Positions 20,574-29,968 of a stretch of 64,000 nt of DNA are shown piece after piece. The stretch's first letter is position 1. The number at the start of each line of letters is the position of its first letter. The stretch is taken from assembly GCA_049967475.1 (NCBI GenBank), contig JBMFSQ010000002.1, positions 64,001-128,000 of the forward strand, read 5' to 3'. The stretch comes from Chthonomonadales bacterium (GTDB lineage Bacteria; Armatimonadota; Chthonomonadetes; Chthonomonadales; CAJBBX01). The translations under genes were made by a program, and so were the position numbers. The notes below the pieces were generated by a model. That model made no database searches and was not told the origin of the DNA. It worked only from the letters and a program-made list of their open reading frames with translations.

Positions 20574-20606
20574 AGAAAATCACGCGCGGCAGGAGTATTG
20601 AGGAAA

Positions 20607-20637
20607 GAGCCGGAGGGTGCGCACACCCCTCCGGCTC
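20607..20637 (-). terminator. Strong stem-loop after prepilin-like gene (weak U-tract)
   Basis: GAGCCGGAGGG...CCCTCCGGCTC inverted repeat followed by TTT on the minus strand. Confidence 0.5.
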
Positions 20638-20652
20638 CAAATGCACCCGATC

Positions 20653-21471
20653 CTAGCCGCCGTACGTGACCGGATCCTTGGGCGAATCCTGCGGCGGCCA
20701 ACCTGTGGCGGGTATCGTCTTCCACTTGCGGCCGTAAGGCACCAGTTTTGCGTGCCCGTCAAAGTATACCGCGTTGAAGCCGCGCGTATGGTTGCCATTG
20801 CTATTCTTGCAAGCGCCATCGCAACCATCCGGACCGTCCCACCCGAATACACCGCGCTCTGCAAACACGAAGCGCGTGGCCACGTTGTCCACCTTCTCGC
20901 TGGGATCCTGTCCGCTTAGATCCGGGCCCGTCGCGTAGGCTGCAAACGGGTTCCATCCTGCGCGGAAGCTGTAAATCCACGCGGGGAACCACTGATAAGA
21001 CTGCAGTCCGTGCGAGATGTTGTACTGGCTCGGCGACCGTACCTTGTCGGACGGGCAGTACCAGATCTGCACATTCTTGATGTAGGGCCCCAGTTGAACG
21101 CGCATGAGGGTGCGGTAGAACTCGGTGCCGTAGGCGCACCCGGTGTAGTTGGGCCCGCCGTCCCCAGGATTGAAGCCCTTCCAGAAGCCCCCGCAGTCGT
21201 TCCAGCCCTGGTTGCCGTCAACATCCAGGTTCACCTCCCAGTTCCTGGGCCCGGGATAGGTTCCCATGGGGAAGAGTTCATCGTAGTCCTGCGAGTACAT
21301 CTTGAGGCTGAGGCCGATTTGCTTCAGATTGCTGAGGCATGAGATGGTGCGAGCCTGTTCGCGTGCTTGTGCGAATACCGGGAACAGGATCGCGGCCAAG
21401 ATCGCGATAATCGCGATTACCACTAATAGTTCGATCAGGGTAAACCCTGACCCTCTCTTCGTACGAGGCAT
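20653..21471 (-). CDS. Prepilin-type DUF1559 / H-X9-DG protein
   Basis: [18 protein letters not shown]..., [20 protein letters not shown]. Confidence 0.92.
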   Translation of the reverse strand: MPRTKRGSGFTLIELLVVIAIIAILAAILFPVFAQAREQARTISCLSNLKQIGLSLKMYSQDYDELFPMGTYPGPRNWEVNLDVDGNQGWNDCGGFWKGFNPGDGGPNYTGCAYGTEFYRTLMRVQLGPYIKNVQIWYCPSDKVRSPSQYNISHGLQSYQWFPAWIYSFRAGWNPFAAYATGPDLSGQDPSEKVDNVATRFVFAERGVFGWDGPDGCDGACKNSNGNHTRGFNAVYFDGHAKLVPYGRKWKTIPATGWPPQDSPKDPVTYGG

Positions 21472-21533
21472 TGTCGTTCTCCTGATGCGGTTGAAAGAAC
21501 AAACCGATAAAGTTGCGTCGCGACGAGGGTTCT

Positions 21534-21809
21534 CTAGCGGCCCATGGGTGGCCCTGTGGGCGTCGGCATGGGCGGGGCGCCGCCGCTCTGCGTCTTGGTT
21601 CCTGCCGCCGGCACGTAGCCCGGCGTTGCGCCCGCGGGTGCGTTGCCGCCCGTGAACTCCTTCCATTGCTTGGCTGCCACGTCCGGCATTGCCGGCGGAT
21701 GGCCTTCATTGCGGGCGGGTCCCTCGAACTTGAACCACGCGAATGCGGCAAGTGCAAGAACGATCACGACGATCACTACGGCAACTGCAGGTGAGATCTC
21801 CTTGGTCAT
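21534..21809 (-). CDS. Small single-pass membrane protein with Pro/Gly-rich tail
   Basis: [37 protein letters not shown]. Confidence 0.75.
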   Translation of the reverse strand: MTKEISPAVAVVIVVIVLALAAFAWFKFEGPARNEGHPPAMPDVAAKQWKEFTGGNAPAGATPGYVPAAGTKTQSGGAPPMPTPTGPPMGR

Positions 21810-21878
21810 CGTCTGTGTCCTCCGATCCCCAGCCCCGTGCGCACAAGGCTGGGTTTGCTGATGGAACCACCTCCCCTA

Positions 21879-22075
21879 GCATCTCCTCCGCTGAAGCGTT
21901 TGGGCATGCTCCGCTGAGGGTGCACCATTCTATCACCATCAATACGGAAGTGTCAAGAGGTTTTATGGCGGAGGGGTACGAGTCCTTCTCCCAGGGCTTC
22001 GGGAGGGTTCCGTGATCGGGCGGACCGGGGTGCATCGGTCCCACAACCGGTCTCTGCGACCCGCCACCGCGTGAA
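21879..22075 (-). repeat. Diverged ~197-bp promoter-region duplicate, copy 1 (TTGACA-N18-TAGAAT at 21956-21927)
   Basis: Aligns with 23571-23766, including an identical GTGCATCGGTCCCACAACCGGTCTCTGCGACCCGCCACCGCGTGAA core. Confidence 0.9.
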
Positions 22076-22096
22076 ACGGCCTTGTTCCGCTGTGGG

Positions 22097-22258
22097 CTAT
22101 TTGTGGGTGGGCGCTGGGGGGCGCACCGCAGCGTGAGGCGGCCCCCCAATGGCTCCCGGCTGCTTGCCAGTGAAAACGAAGAGGTAGAGGACCGCCACCA
22201 CCGCTACGGCCGCGACGATTACCAACAGCGCTGCAATTGGAGAAACGCTTTTATTCAT
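22097..22258 (-). CDS. 53-aa single-pass membrane protein (below the ORF-track cutoff)
   Basis: Manual translation MNKSVSPIAALLVIVAAVAVVAVLYLFVFTGKQPGAIGGPPHAAVRPPAPTHK; same K-x-[IV]-S-P-TM pattern as its neighbours. Confidence 0.7.
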   Translation of the reverse strand: MNKSVSPIAALLVIVAAVAVVAVLYLFVFTGKQPGAIGGPPHAAVRPPAPTHK

Positions 22259-22276
22259 GGGGATGCGCGATGCACA

Positions 22277-22546
22277 TTATCGCCCAGGGCCGCGCCCACC
22301 CTGATAGAGTTGCTGCATGGCGCGCATGCCCGCCGGCCCCGTAGGGCCCGCGCCACCGGGTACGCCACCGGCCCCCGGTGCAAGCTTCTGCATGGCTTCA
22401 AACCCTTGCTTCTGGGCGGCATTCATTTGGGGCATCCCATTTGCCGGCGCCTGATGCGGCTGCATGCGCCACCACACTAGGCCGATTACAAGAACCGCTA
22501 TGACCACGACGATGATCGCCGTGACGGGACTGATGTTCTTCTGCAT
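22277..22546 (-). CDS. Small single-pass membrane protein with Gly/Pro/Met-rich tail
   Basis: MQKNISPVTAIIVVVIAVLVIGLVWWRM; AGGAGG RBS. Confidence 0.75.
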   Translation of the reverse strand: MQKNISPVTAIIVVVIAVLVIGLVWWRMQPHQAPANGMPQMNAAQKQGFEAMQKLAPGAGGVPGGAGPTGPAGMRAMQQLYQGGRGPGR

Positions 22547-22657
22547 GGTGCAAGCCTCCTGGTCTACCTTAGGTTCTGCAGCATCGGGCAACAGGCGAAC
22601 AGCCCGTAAGGGGAGGTACGCCGGACCGTGGCGAAGCCTCCCCTCCGAGCCGATTAC

Positions 22658-23497
22658 TCACTGCCCCCAGGTGGCGCCGGGCGCTAGACTGACCGACGGG
22701 GCCTTCAGATCGAAGTAGATCTCCGGAATTGCCGATGGCTTGAACGCATGGGCATGACCGTCATAGAACGAGATGTTCAACATCCCGCTATGGCGCGCCG
22801 TTCCAAAGTAGTCACCGCAGGGACCGGTTTTGGTGTCTGCCGCAGTAGCCCAGCCCGGATACTTCAGTGCCGGGCTGCAGATGCCGATGGAATCCAGCTC
22901 TGGGGAAGGTCCTCCTACTACAGCAGCGTTGGTATCCAAGAGCACGATGCGCTCCGCAGGAGCTTGAACGTCGGCGTCACTCAGCCCCTCCGAAGATCCC
23001 GGGTACCCTCTTCCCCACCAACCTGCATCACTGGGATACGTGCCCTCGGAATTGCCCGGAACCGTGCCCGCTGCCGGCATAAACCAGTTGAGGGCGATAC
23101 CGGCCTCGAACCGGTAGATTGAGTCGCTGGGAATAGGGCTGGCCGTCGTCTCACCCCAAAAAGCGGGGTTGGACACGTCTGGGCAAGCAAAGATGCCCAC
23201 ATTCTTCACATAGGGCATGATGCAGAATTGCCACCATGCCCGGCCGCCGTTCTGCTGGCCGAACTTGTTGGTGATGCCAAATTGCCAACCGAGCATGTTG
23301 CGCTCGTCATAATCCTGCGCGTACATTCGGACCGAGAGGCCGAGTTGCTTCATGTTCGACAAGCAACTGATCGCTCGCGCTTTTTCCCGGGCTTGGGCGA
23401 ATACCGGGAACAGGATCGCAGCCAAGATCGCGATAATCGCGATTACCACTAACAGTTCGATCAGGGTAAAACCGTTGCCGCTTGTTCTGCCTTTCAT
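22658..23497 (-). CDS. Prepilin-type DUF1559 / H-X9-DG protein
   Basis: [18 protein letters not shown]..., [20 protein letters not shown]. Confidence 0.92.
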   Translation of the reverse strand: MKGRTSGNGFTLIELLVVIAIIAILAAILFPVFAQAREKARAISCLSNMKQLGLSVRMYAQDYDERNMLGWQFGITNKFGQQNGGRAWWQFCIMPYVKNVGIFACPDVSNPAFWGETTASPIPSDSIYRFEAGIALNWFMPAAGTVPGNSEGTYPSDAGWWGRGYPGSSEGLSDADVQAPAERIVLLDTNAAVVGGPSPELDSIGICSPALKYPGWATAADTKTGPCGDYFGTARHSGMLNISFYDGHAHAFKPSAIPEIYFDLKAPSVSLAPGATWGQ

Positions 23498-23570
23498 TGT
23501 CACGATACACCTTCCATTCTTTACGCCTCGGGGCCGGCGCCCCCCCATAAGGATGCGCTACCCTCTGCTG

Positions 23571-23766
23571 GCATCTCTTCCGCTGAAGCGTTCCGGCACA
23601 CTCCACTGCGGACATGTTATTCTAACACCATCAATACGGAAGCGTCAAGGCGTTTTATGGCGGAAGGGTACGGGTTTTTATCCCAGGTCTTCGCGAGGGT
23701 TCCGTGTCCGGGAGGATCGGGTGCATCGGTCCCACAACCGGTCTCTGCGACCCGCCACCGCGTGAA
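23571..23766 (-). repeat. Diverged promoter-region duplicate, copy 2 (TTGACG-N18-TAGAAT at 23648-23619)
   Basis: Aligns with 21879-22075. Confidence 0.9.
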
Positions 23767-23780
23767 GCGACCTGGTCGTC

Positions 23781-25430
23781 CTAATCCAGTACCGCAGCAT
23801 GCGGCGGAGGCGGAGGCACAAAATCCGGATCGTCCCGAGCCAGAAGGTCCAGCCCCAACATGGCGCCCAGCTCGTCGTCCGTGTGGCGATCTACGAACAG
23901 CGGAAAGGTCTCGTCGTCACTGCGCCGGTTCAGATACGCCCGCAGCAGGTTCTCCAGAGCAAACTTCACCTTGTCCGCCGGTACCTTGCGCCGAATGGGG
24001 CGGGTGAAGCGCGCATCGGCGCCTAGGCGGCCTCCCAAGCTGATGTCGTAGGCTTCTACCTGCCGGCCGTCCAACCGCGCGAGGCATCCCTGCAGCCCGA
24101 TATCCCCGATGTGGTGCTGGCCGCAGGAATTGGGGCAGCCATTGAGATTGATGCGGATCGGCTCATCCCAATCCAGCCGCTCCTCGAGGTATTCCACGAT
24201 CTCGCGCAGGCGGTTCTTCGTTTCGGTAATGGCAAGGTTGCAGAATTCCGTTCCCGTGCAGGCGATGCCTTCGCGGCGGAAGCGGGACACGTTCCATTCA
24301 AATCCCGCCGCCCGCAGAGCAGCCGCAGCTTCCTCCAGGCGCCCCTCAGCGATGTTGGGGAAGATGAGGTTCTGCTGGTTCGTGGTGCGGATGACGCCGT
24401 GGCAGAAGCCATCGGCGATTTCCGCGGCTGCGTCGAGCTGATCCGCAGTCAACCTGCCGCATAGAACCGGAACGCCGATCCAGTAAAGGCCCGGTTGCTT
24501 CTGGGCGTGGAGACCCAAATGGTCTGCCCGACGTGCCGCCAGATCCGCTCCGGGGATGGCCGGAGCAGGACGCCAGCCGAGCTTCTCTACGAGGACTTCA
24601 AGGAACCTCTCGGCACCCCAATCCGCCACCAAGAATTTGAGGCGCGCGTGGTTCCTGCGCTCGCGGTAGCCGTAATCGCGGAAGATCTCGGTTACGGCTC
24701 GGGCTACATCCACCACCTGGTCCGGGCGGATGAGCATATCGAGGCGCTGCGAGAACTTGGGCTGGGTCGAAAGGCCGCCCCCCACGCGCACGTGGAAACC
24801 CACGGAACCCTCCACGGCCGCGCCGGATGGGCTTATCGAAGCCGGCACCCGCACCGCCGTGAACGCCAGGTCGTTGATCTCCGGCTGGTAGCAGTGGTAC
24901 CGGCATCCCCCGATGGTGATCTTGTATTTGCGCGGCAAATCCGAGAATTCCCTGTTGCCCAGGAAGAACTTCGTGACATCTCGAATGATCGGCCGGCAAT
25001 CGTAGATTTCCTCTGGATCGAGCCCGGCAACCGGGCATCCGGCCACATTGCGGGCGATATCGCCACACGCACCCACAGTAGTAAGCCCCACCTCGTTCAG
25101 CATGGCAATGGCTTCGGGGATCGTCTCGATGGTGAGCCAATGAAACTGGACATTCTGGCGCGTGGTGAGGTCGGCTATGCTTCGGCCGAACTCCCTGGAG
25201 ATGCGCGCAAGGGCCCGAAACTGGGCAGATGTAGCATCTCCGCCGGGGATCTTCACGCGCATCATGAAGTGACCTACCCGGGGTTGCTGTTCGTAGATGC
25301 CGTACCATCTCAGGCGCGCCATGTCATCCGGAGGGATGGAGGCGTAGCCGGTTTTGCTGTATCGAAGAAGATCGGGCCAAACGTCCAGGCCATCCTTAGC
25401 CTTCTTGATTTCTTCGGTCTTGTTGGCCAT
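23781..25430 (-). CDS. Ferredoxin-type nitrite/sulfite reductase (siroheme)
   Basis: LRWYGIY, TTRQNVQFH, DLPRKYKI, ACTGTEFCNLA and GCPNSCGQH siroheme/[4Fe-4S] motifs. Confidence 0.92.
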   Translation of the reverse strand: MANKTEEIKKAKDGLDVWPDLLRYSKTGYASIPPDDMARLRWYGIYEQQPRVGHFMMRVKIPGGDATSAQFRALARISREFGRSIADLTTRQNVQFHWLTIETIPEAIAMLNEVGLTTVGACGDIARNVAGCPVAGLDPEEIYDCRPIIRDVTKFFLGNREFSDLPRKYKITIGGCRYHCYQPEINDLAFTAVRVPASISPSGAAVEGSVGFHVRVGGGLSTQPKFSQRLDMLIRPDQVVDVARAVTEIFRDYGYRERRNHARLKFLVADWGAERFLEVLVEKLGWRPAPAIPGADLAARRADHLGLHAQKQPGLYWIGVPVLCGRLTADQLDAAAEIADGFCHGVIRTTNQQNLIFPNIAEGRLEEAAAALRAAGFEWNVSRFRREGIACTGTEFCNLAITETKNRLREIVEYLEERLDWDEPIRINLNGCPNSCGQHHIGDIGLQGCLARLDGRQVEAYDISLGGRLGADARFTRPIRRKVPADKVKFALENLLRAYLNRRSDDETFPLFVDRHTDDELGAMLGLDLLARDDPDFVPPPPPHAAVLD

Positions 25431-25508
25431 GGGTAATCCCTGCCTCTCGAGCGGTCCCCGTAAAGCCCGGGTATATATGAGTTGACCGCTCTGTTTAGTC
25501 AGGTATTC

Positions 25509-25537
25509 ATTATACTGGCCCAATGCGCCGGTGTCAA
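25509..25537 (-). promoter_or_regulatory. sigma70 promoter of the nitrite/sulfite reductase
   Basis: Perfect TTGACA-N17-TATAAT. Confidence 0.8.
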
Positions 25538-25572
25538 GGACGGCAAAGTTCGTAAGGTACAATGCGGCCGTC

Positions 25573-26337
25573 ATGCGTATCCACATCCTTGGTTCAGGAA
25601 CCTCTCACGGAGTGCCCATGATCGGGTGCACATGCGCTGTATGCCGATCTCCCAACCCCCGCAACAAGCGGACGAGGCCCTCCATAGCAGTACAAAACGG
25701 AGAAGAGACGATCCTGGTAGACACCACCCCGGAACTACGGCTCCAGGCGCTCGCATGCGGCCTCACCCGGGTGGACGCCGTGGTATACACTCATACGCAC
25801 GCAGATCACGTGTTCGGCCTGGACGAGATCCGCCGCTTCAATGACCTGATGGGCTGCGAGATCCCGGTCTACGGCGACCCAGGCACGCTGGAAGATCTGC
25901 GGCGCATTTATAGGTACATCTTCACCGACACGCAGGAGGGTGGAGGTAAGCCCCGCATCCGCCTGCACACCGTGCCGCCGGAGTTCACCCTGTGCTCCAT
26001 CCGCGTACGCTCCTTCACCGTGATGCACGGGCAGCTCCCCATCTTGGCCTACCGCTTCAACGACGCCGCCTATGTTACGGATGTAAGTTCCATCCCGCCG
26101 GCTTCCATGGAACAACTGCGGCATCTGGATCTCTTGATCTTGGATGCCGTGCGCTTCGAGCCCCATCCTACACACTTCGGCCTCTACCAGGCGCTCGATG
26201 TGGTGCAGGAGCTGGCGCCCCGCCGTACCCTCCTTACCCACCTATCCCATCATTTCGACCACGACACCGTCAATGCCCAACTCCCACCCGGCGTAGAACT
26301 TGCCTACGACTGCCAGATCGTAGACTTGGACGCCTGA
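25573..26337 (+). CDS. MBL-fold metallo-hydrolase (PhnP-like)
   Basis: LGSGTSHGVPMIGCTCAVC, THTHADH, THLSH. Confidence 0.9.
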   Translation: MRIHILGSGTSHGVPMIGCTCAVCRSPNPRNKRTRPSIAVQNGEETILVDTTPELRLQALACGLTRVDAVVYTHTHADHVFGLDEIRRFNDLMGCEIPVYGDPGTLEDLRRIYRYIFTDTQEGGGKPRIRLHTVPPEFTLCSIRVRSFTVMHGQLPILAYRFNDAAYVTDVSSIPPASMEQLRHLDLLILDAVRFEPHPTHFGLYQALDVVQELAPRRTLLTHLSHHFDHDTVNAQLPPGVELAYDCQIVDLDA

Positions 26338-27329
26338 AGCCGGCGGTTTCTCAACCCACGCGAAACGGAGCTTCCCGCAGCGCCAAGTTCACAAACTCCT
26401 TCTTCGTCGAAGATAAGGGCTTCCTGCTTGGCCTCGTACCATCCAAAAAGGGAAGGCGATGACGGGTCGTGGGCGCCACGCACGGTGTCTCGATTGACTT
26501 TTCGGTGCGTCGCGTAGCAGTACTTACAGTCGTACAGACACGTGTCGTACATCCCTATGTCTTTGCTTGCGACGCAGCCGCACGCTTCACGCTGGTTCTC
26601 GTCCTTCTTGCGCCCTACTTGAATGCCGAAGACGCGTTCGATGAGGTCATCGTCAATGCACTTGCCATGTTCGATGCCGTAGGCGGAAAGGTCCACCTTT
26701 TCGGCGCATGAGACCACCTCTTTGAACTTGTGGCGCTTGGCGGCCTCAACGACACCTCCGAAGAGCTTCGCAAGCGTCTTTTCCTCGATGTCACCTACAT
26801 AGGGTGCCAGGTTCGGACCGAACAGCGTTTTGAGGCGGCCTCGCGCCGACCGGTAGTCGTCTACGATGCTCACGACCACGCGCTCGGCCTTGCCTTCCAG
26901 AGCAGCGGCAATCGTTTCGAACCGCTCTCGGTGGTATTCGACGGGTGTGTCGGGTGAGAGGATGATTGGGTCGTAGCGCCAAATAACGCGCTGTGGGCCC
27001 ACCCGATCGGACACGTCCCGAAAGGTACGGATCGCTGCCGCCAGCTCGGGAGAAGCCGGCTCGATCTTGCGAGGGTACCCGTTTACGGTGTACTGGAAGT
27101 AATAGCGGAAGCCGTACCGGTCCAGCTCATCGAGGTAGGCCAGCATCGGCCGAGCATTGCGCGTCCAGAACACGATCACGTCCACGTCTTGGGGCTTCAA
27201 ACTCACGTCGGACACTTGATTGCGGTTGAAGGGGTTCGGAACACAGCAATGCCCTGCGCGAAGGCGGTTTACAAACCACCTGGAATAGAACGCGCAAATA
27301 TCCGTACGACGGCTGGCACTGATGATCAT
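26304..27329 (-). CDS. DUF1848 domain protein
   Basis: MIISASRRTDI, VFWTRN, WRYDPI, QREACGCVASKDIGMYDTCLYDCKYCYA. Confidence 0.88.
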   Translation of the reverse strand: MIISASRRTDICAFYSRWFVNRLRAGHCCVPNPFNRNQVSDVSLKPQDVDVIVFWTRNARPMLAYLDELDRYGFRYYFQYTVNGYPRKIEPASPELAAAIRTFRDVSDRVGPQRVIWRYDPIILSPDTPVEYHRERFETIAAALEGKAERVVVSIVDDYRSARGRLKTLFGPNLAPYVGDIEEKTLAKLFGGVVEAAKRHKFKEVVSCAEKVDLSAYGIEHGKCIDDDLIERVFGIQVGRKKDENQREACGCVASKDIGMYDTCLYDCKYCYATHRKVNRDTVRGAHDPSSPSLFGWYEAKQEALIFDEEGVCELGAAGSSVSRGLRNRRLQASKSTIWQS

Positions 27330-27426
27330 TTCTCTTGCCCTTTGATCTCTGCTGGAGCGCGTGCACCAAGGCGCGGGCCTTCTCTTCTCACAAGGGATCG
27401 GCTGATTTCGTAATGCGCCCTTCGTC

Positions 27427-27610
27427 CTAAGACGCGAGCCACGCCTTCGTAAAGATGGCGTCCCAATCCCCCGGCAATGGCGCAATAAACGTGGATCGGA
27501 CCGTGTCGGCGATCAGTATGCTGTACATGCGCACGATAGGGATCAGTTGCTTCAACGCCTGAGAGAAGTCTCCAAACGTAGGCAGTTGCCCGTCCGTGCT
27601 CGATGCGCAG
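27427..27610 (-). pseudogene. C-terminal remnant of a gene, possibly HEPN/AbiU2-like
   Basis: Frame reads GQLPTFGDFSQALKQLIPIVRMYSILIADTVRSTFIAPLPGDWDAIFTKAWLAS-stop with no upstream start or RBS. Confidence 0.35.
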
Positions 27611-27619
27611 CCCCCACGG

Positions 27620-28795
27620 CTAGCCCACCACGCCGTTCAGCGATGCCACACACACATCCACATTTCCCCTAAGATGCGAAGCAAACACAAGCCGGCGGCC
27701 CTTGCGGTCCCACCCCACATGGGGATGATCGCCATGCCCGTACGTTCGATGCCCCTGCGTCACCAGATGCATACGCGTGGTGTGGGCGTCAAACACCACG
27801 ATGTCGCCGTGCCAATTGTCCGCCGCAGCCCAACGGCCCTGCTCATCGCCCGCGGGATGCCACCAGTTCCACTTGGCAAGCTGGGCAGGGGTTCCCTCGG
27901 GCCACCAGGCTCCTGCTCCTAGGATGCGCACATCGCCCGTGTGGGTGTCCAGAAGCTTCACATGGGACTCACCTTCACGGTATCCGCCACAGAAGAGCAT
28001 TTGATCGCGCACCCACCAATGTTCATGTGTCACAAGCTCTCCAGGCGCCCCATGATAGGCGGCCCGCGGCTCGCCATGCCGCACATCCAAAACCATGATG
28101 CGCTCCCGGCGACCCGCGAAGCTCAGGTGATGCGGCGACGAACGGCTCCACTGCACGTGGCCGCCGAATTCCTTCATCCTGCAGACGAGGCGCGCATGCC
28201 CATCGCGGATCCCGACGACGACGATCCCCACATCCCCTTCAGCCAGCCGCACGCCCACACTCAAAAGGCGCCCGCTGGAGTTCTCGTTGAGGCTCGTCAC
28301 GGGAGCGACAGCTGCTTCGAGCGTAGTGATGAGCCGTTCCCCGAGCCACACGCGTGAGGCAATGCGGGCGGGATCCGCTGAGGGCTCAACCCGGGGTGTC
28401 AGCTCCAGGACCTCCCGGCCGCGCAGCGCGTAAAAGCTCGGGCGCAGTTTGGCCGCTGTAGCTCCGGCAAGCGGCCCGCGGGGTGTATGGAACCGCGCCA
28501 GCTCCCCCGTCGCAAAGAGATAGCCCATGAGCCCGCCGCGCTCGCGGTCCGATGTAAACAGGAGGATGCTCTCGTCCGCCAGAAACGACCGCTCATGAAA
28601 ATAGAGGTTCAGATCGCGTGACGGGCCGCTGGTCACGAAGAGCAATTGAGCGCCCGTAGCGGGATCCTGCATGCGAACGTGCTCGGGAGCCGACACATCC
28701 ACAAGGTATTCTTCCTGCATCGCTGTTTGGTCCCCCATCGCACCCACTGCCACAGCGTACGTTCCTGCGCGCGCCAGGAATTGACGCCGGCTCAT
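27620..28795 (-). CDS. Tat-exported beta-propeller, oligogalacturonate lyase-like
   Basis: MSRRQFL Tat motif, DPATGAQL...LYFHERSF, THEHW, HPHVGW. Confidence 0.75.
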   Translation of the reverse strand: MSRRQFLARAGTYAVAVGAMGDQTAMQEEYLVDVSAPEHVRMQDPATGAQLLFVTSGPSRDLNLYFHERSFLADESILLFTSDRERGGLMGYLFATGELARFHTPRGPLAGATAAKLRPSFYALRGREVLELTPRVEPSADPARIASRVWLGERLITTLEAAVAPVTSLNENSSGRLLSVGVRLAEGDVGIVVVGIRDGHARLVCRMKEFGGHVQWSRSSPHHLSFAGRRERIMVLDVRHGEPRAAYHGAPGELVTHEHWWVRDQMLFCGGYREGESHVKLLDTHTGDVRILGAGAWWPEGTPAQLAKWNWWHPAGDEQGRWAAADNWHGDIVVFDAHTTRMHLVTQGHRTYGHGDHPHVGWDRKGRRLVFASHLRGNVDVCVASLNGVVG

Positions 28796-28909
28796 CCGAC
28801 CTCCATCCTTTGGCATTATGGTGCTCCTGATAATCACGAAACCGGACTGCCGTCCGTGGTGGCCGGCGAATTCCGCTGAACCAACCGTTCCTGCGCCTCT
28901 GCACAGCCC

Positions 28910-29770
28910 TTACACACGATCGGAGGATCCATGGGGAGCATGTGAAGGCGTTGCAGCGCTGGCCGCGCCCGGTGCAGGTGCGCGGGGCGCCTTACCGGAC
29001 GCATCGAGCTGACGCACCATGGCTGCGAGGCGCTGCGTCTCCGCAGATGGCGGCACGCCCAGCTCGTCCTGAAGCATATGCTCGAGGTTGGTGAGCGCTG
29101 TGATAGCGCGGGCGCGTTGCCCCAGCTCGAGGTGCAGCGTGATGACATCGCGATGGACACTCTCGTGAAGCGGCAGGAGGTTGAGGCCCCGCAAAGCGAC
29201 TTCCAAGGCCGCCTCCCGCTGGCCCCTGTGCCGGAGACCCTCCACTGCCTCATGCAGAACGCGGGCTGCAAGGGAAGCGAGGCGATCGCGTTCCGGCGGG
29301 ATCCAGTCGTCATAGAGGCCGGGAAGCAGGTCCCCGCCGTAGAGATCCATTGCGGACACGAGCTGGTCCACGCGCCGGTCCTGAGATGCATCGAGATGCA
29401 GGGCAGTATTCGCCGCAGTCACGAAATCCTGCACATCCGTCCTGACGCCTTGGGGATTGAGTGCCACATGAGAATGGGTCGCAACAATCACCGAGCCTCT
29501 TTCCAGCGTGGGCGGTTCCAAATGCTTCCGGAGCCATGATATGGCCTGACAGAGGGAATGACGACCCCGCAACACATCTGCGTTGGGCCAAAAGTGCTCC
29601 ACCAGTTCGTCGCGGCCGTAGGACCGGCCCAGGTGGTGCGCCAGCATCCCCAACAGGGAGGCCGTCTGTCGAGATTGAAAGCGCGTAATCTGCACTTCTC
29701 CCCGATCTACCCGCAGTCCACCCATCAGGTGCACGTACCAAAAGTGTCCGGCTCGTTCATTGTTCGTCAT
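28910..29770 (-). CDS. AfsR/SARP-type transcriptional activator (wHTH + BTAD only)
   Basis: RDELVEHFWP, LYGGDLLPGLYDDW, PLHESVHR, ELGVPPS. Confidence 0.85.
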   Translation of the reverse strand: MTNNERAGHFWYVHLMGGLRVDRGEVQITRFQSRQTASLLGMLAHHLGRSYGRDELVEHFWPNADVLRGRHSLCQAISWLRKHLEPPTLERGSVIVATHSHVALNPQGVRTDVQDFVTAANTALHLDASQDRRVDQLVSAMDLYGGDLLPGLYDDWIPPERDRLASLAARVLHEAVEGLRHRGQREAALEVALRGLNLLPLHESVHRDVITLHLELGQRARAITALTNLEHMLQDELGVPPSAETQRLAAMVRQLDASGKAPRAPAPGAASAATPSHAPHGSSDRV

Positions 29771-29892
29771 TGGAACCATACCCGATGTCCCCCATGCGTT
29801 TAGGGTGCATGGCAGGAATAAAGCTAATCTTAGTACGCCGTTGTACATCTTAACTCCTTGCACACCCAAAGGGTTACTCGCATGGGCCTCGG

Positions 29893-29920
29893 TGAAGCGG
29901 AAAGTCTTTTGCGCCGATAA
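29893..29920 (+). promoter_or_regulatory. sigma28 (FliA)-like promoter upstream of the PilZ gene
   Basis: TGAAG-N15-GCCGATAA (perfect sigma28 -10). Confidence 0.55.
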
Positions 29921-29968
29921 TGAGCTGTTGCAGAACCTCCGTTGGACACGTTGGGCTTGCTGCGATGG

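Noticed and set aside
20653..23766. Diversity-generating retroelement or shufflon acting on the prepilin-like genes
   Set aside because: No reverse transcriptase or recombinase in the window, and no template/variable repeat pair differing only at adenines
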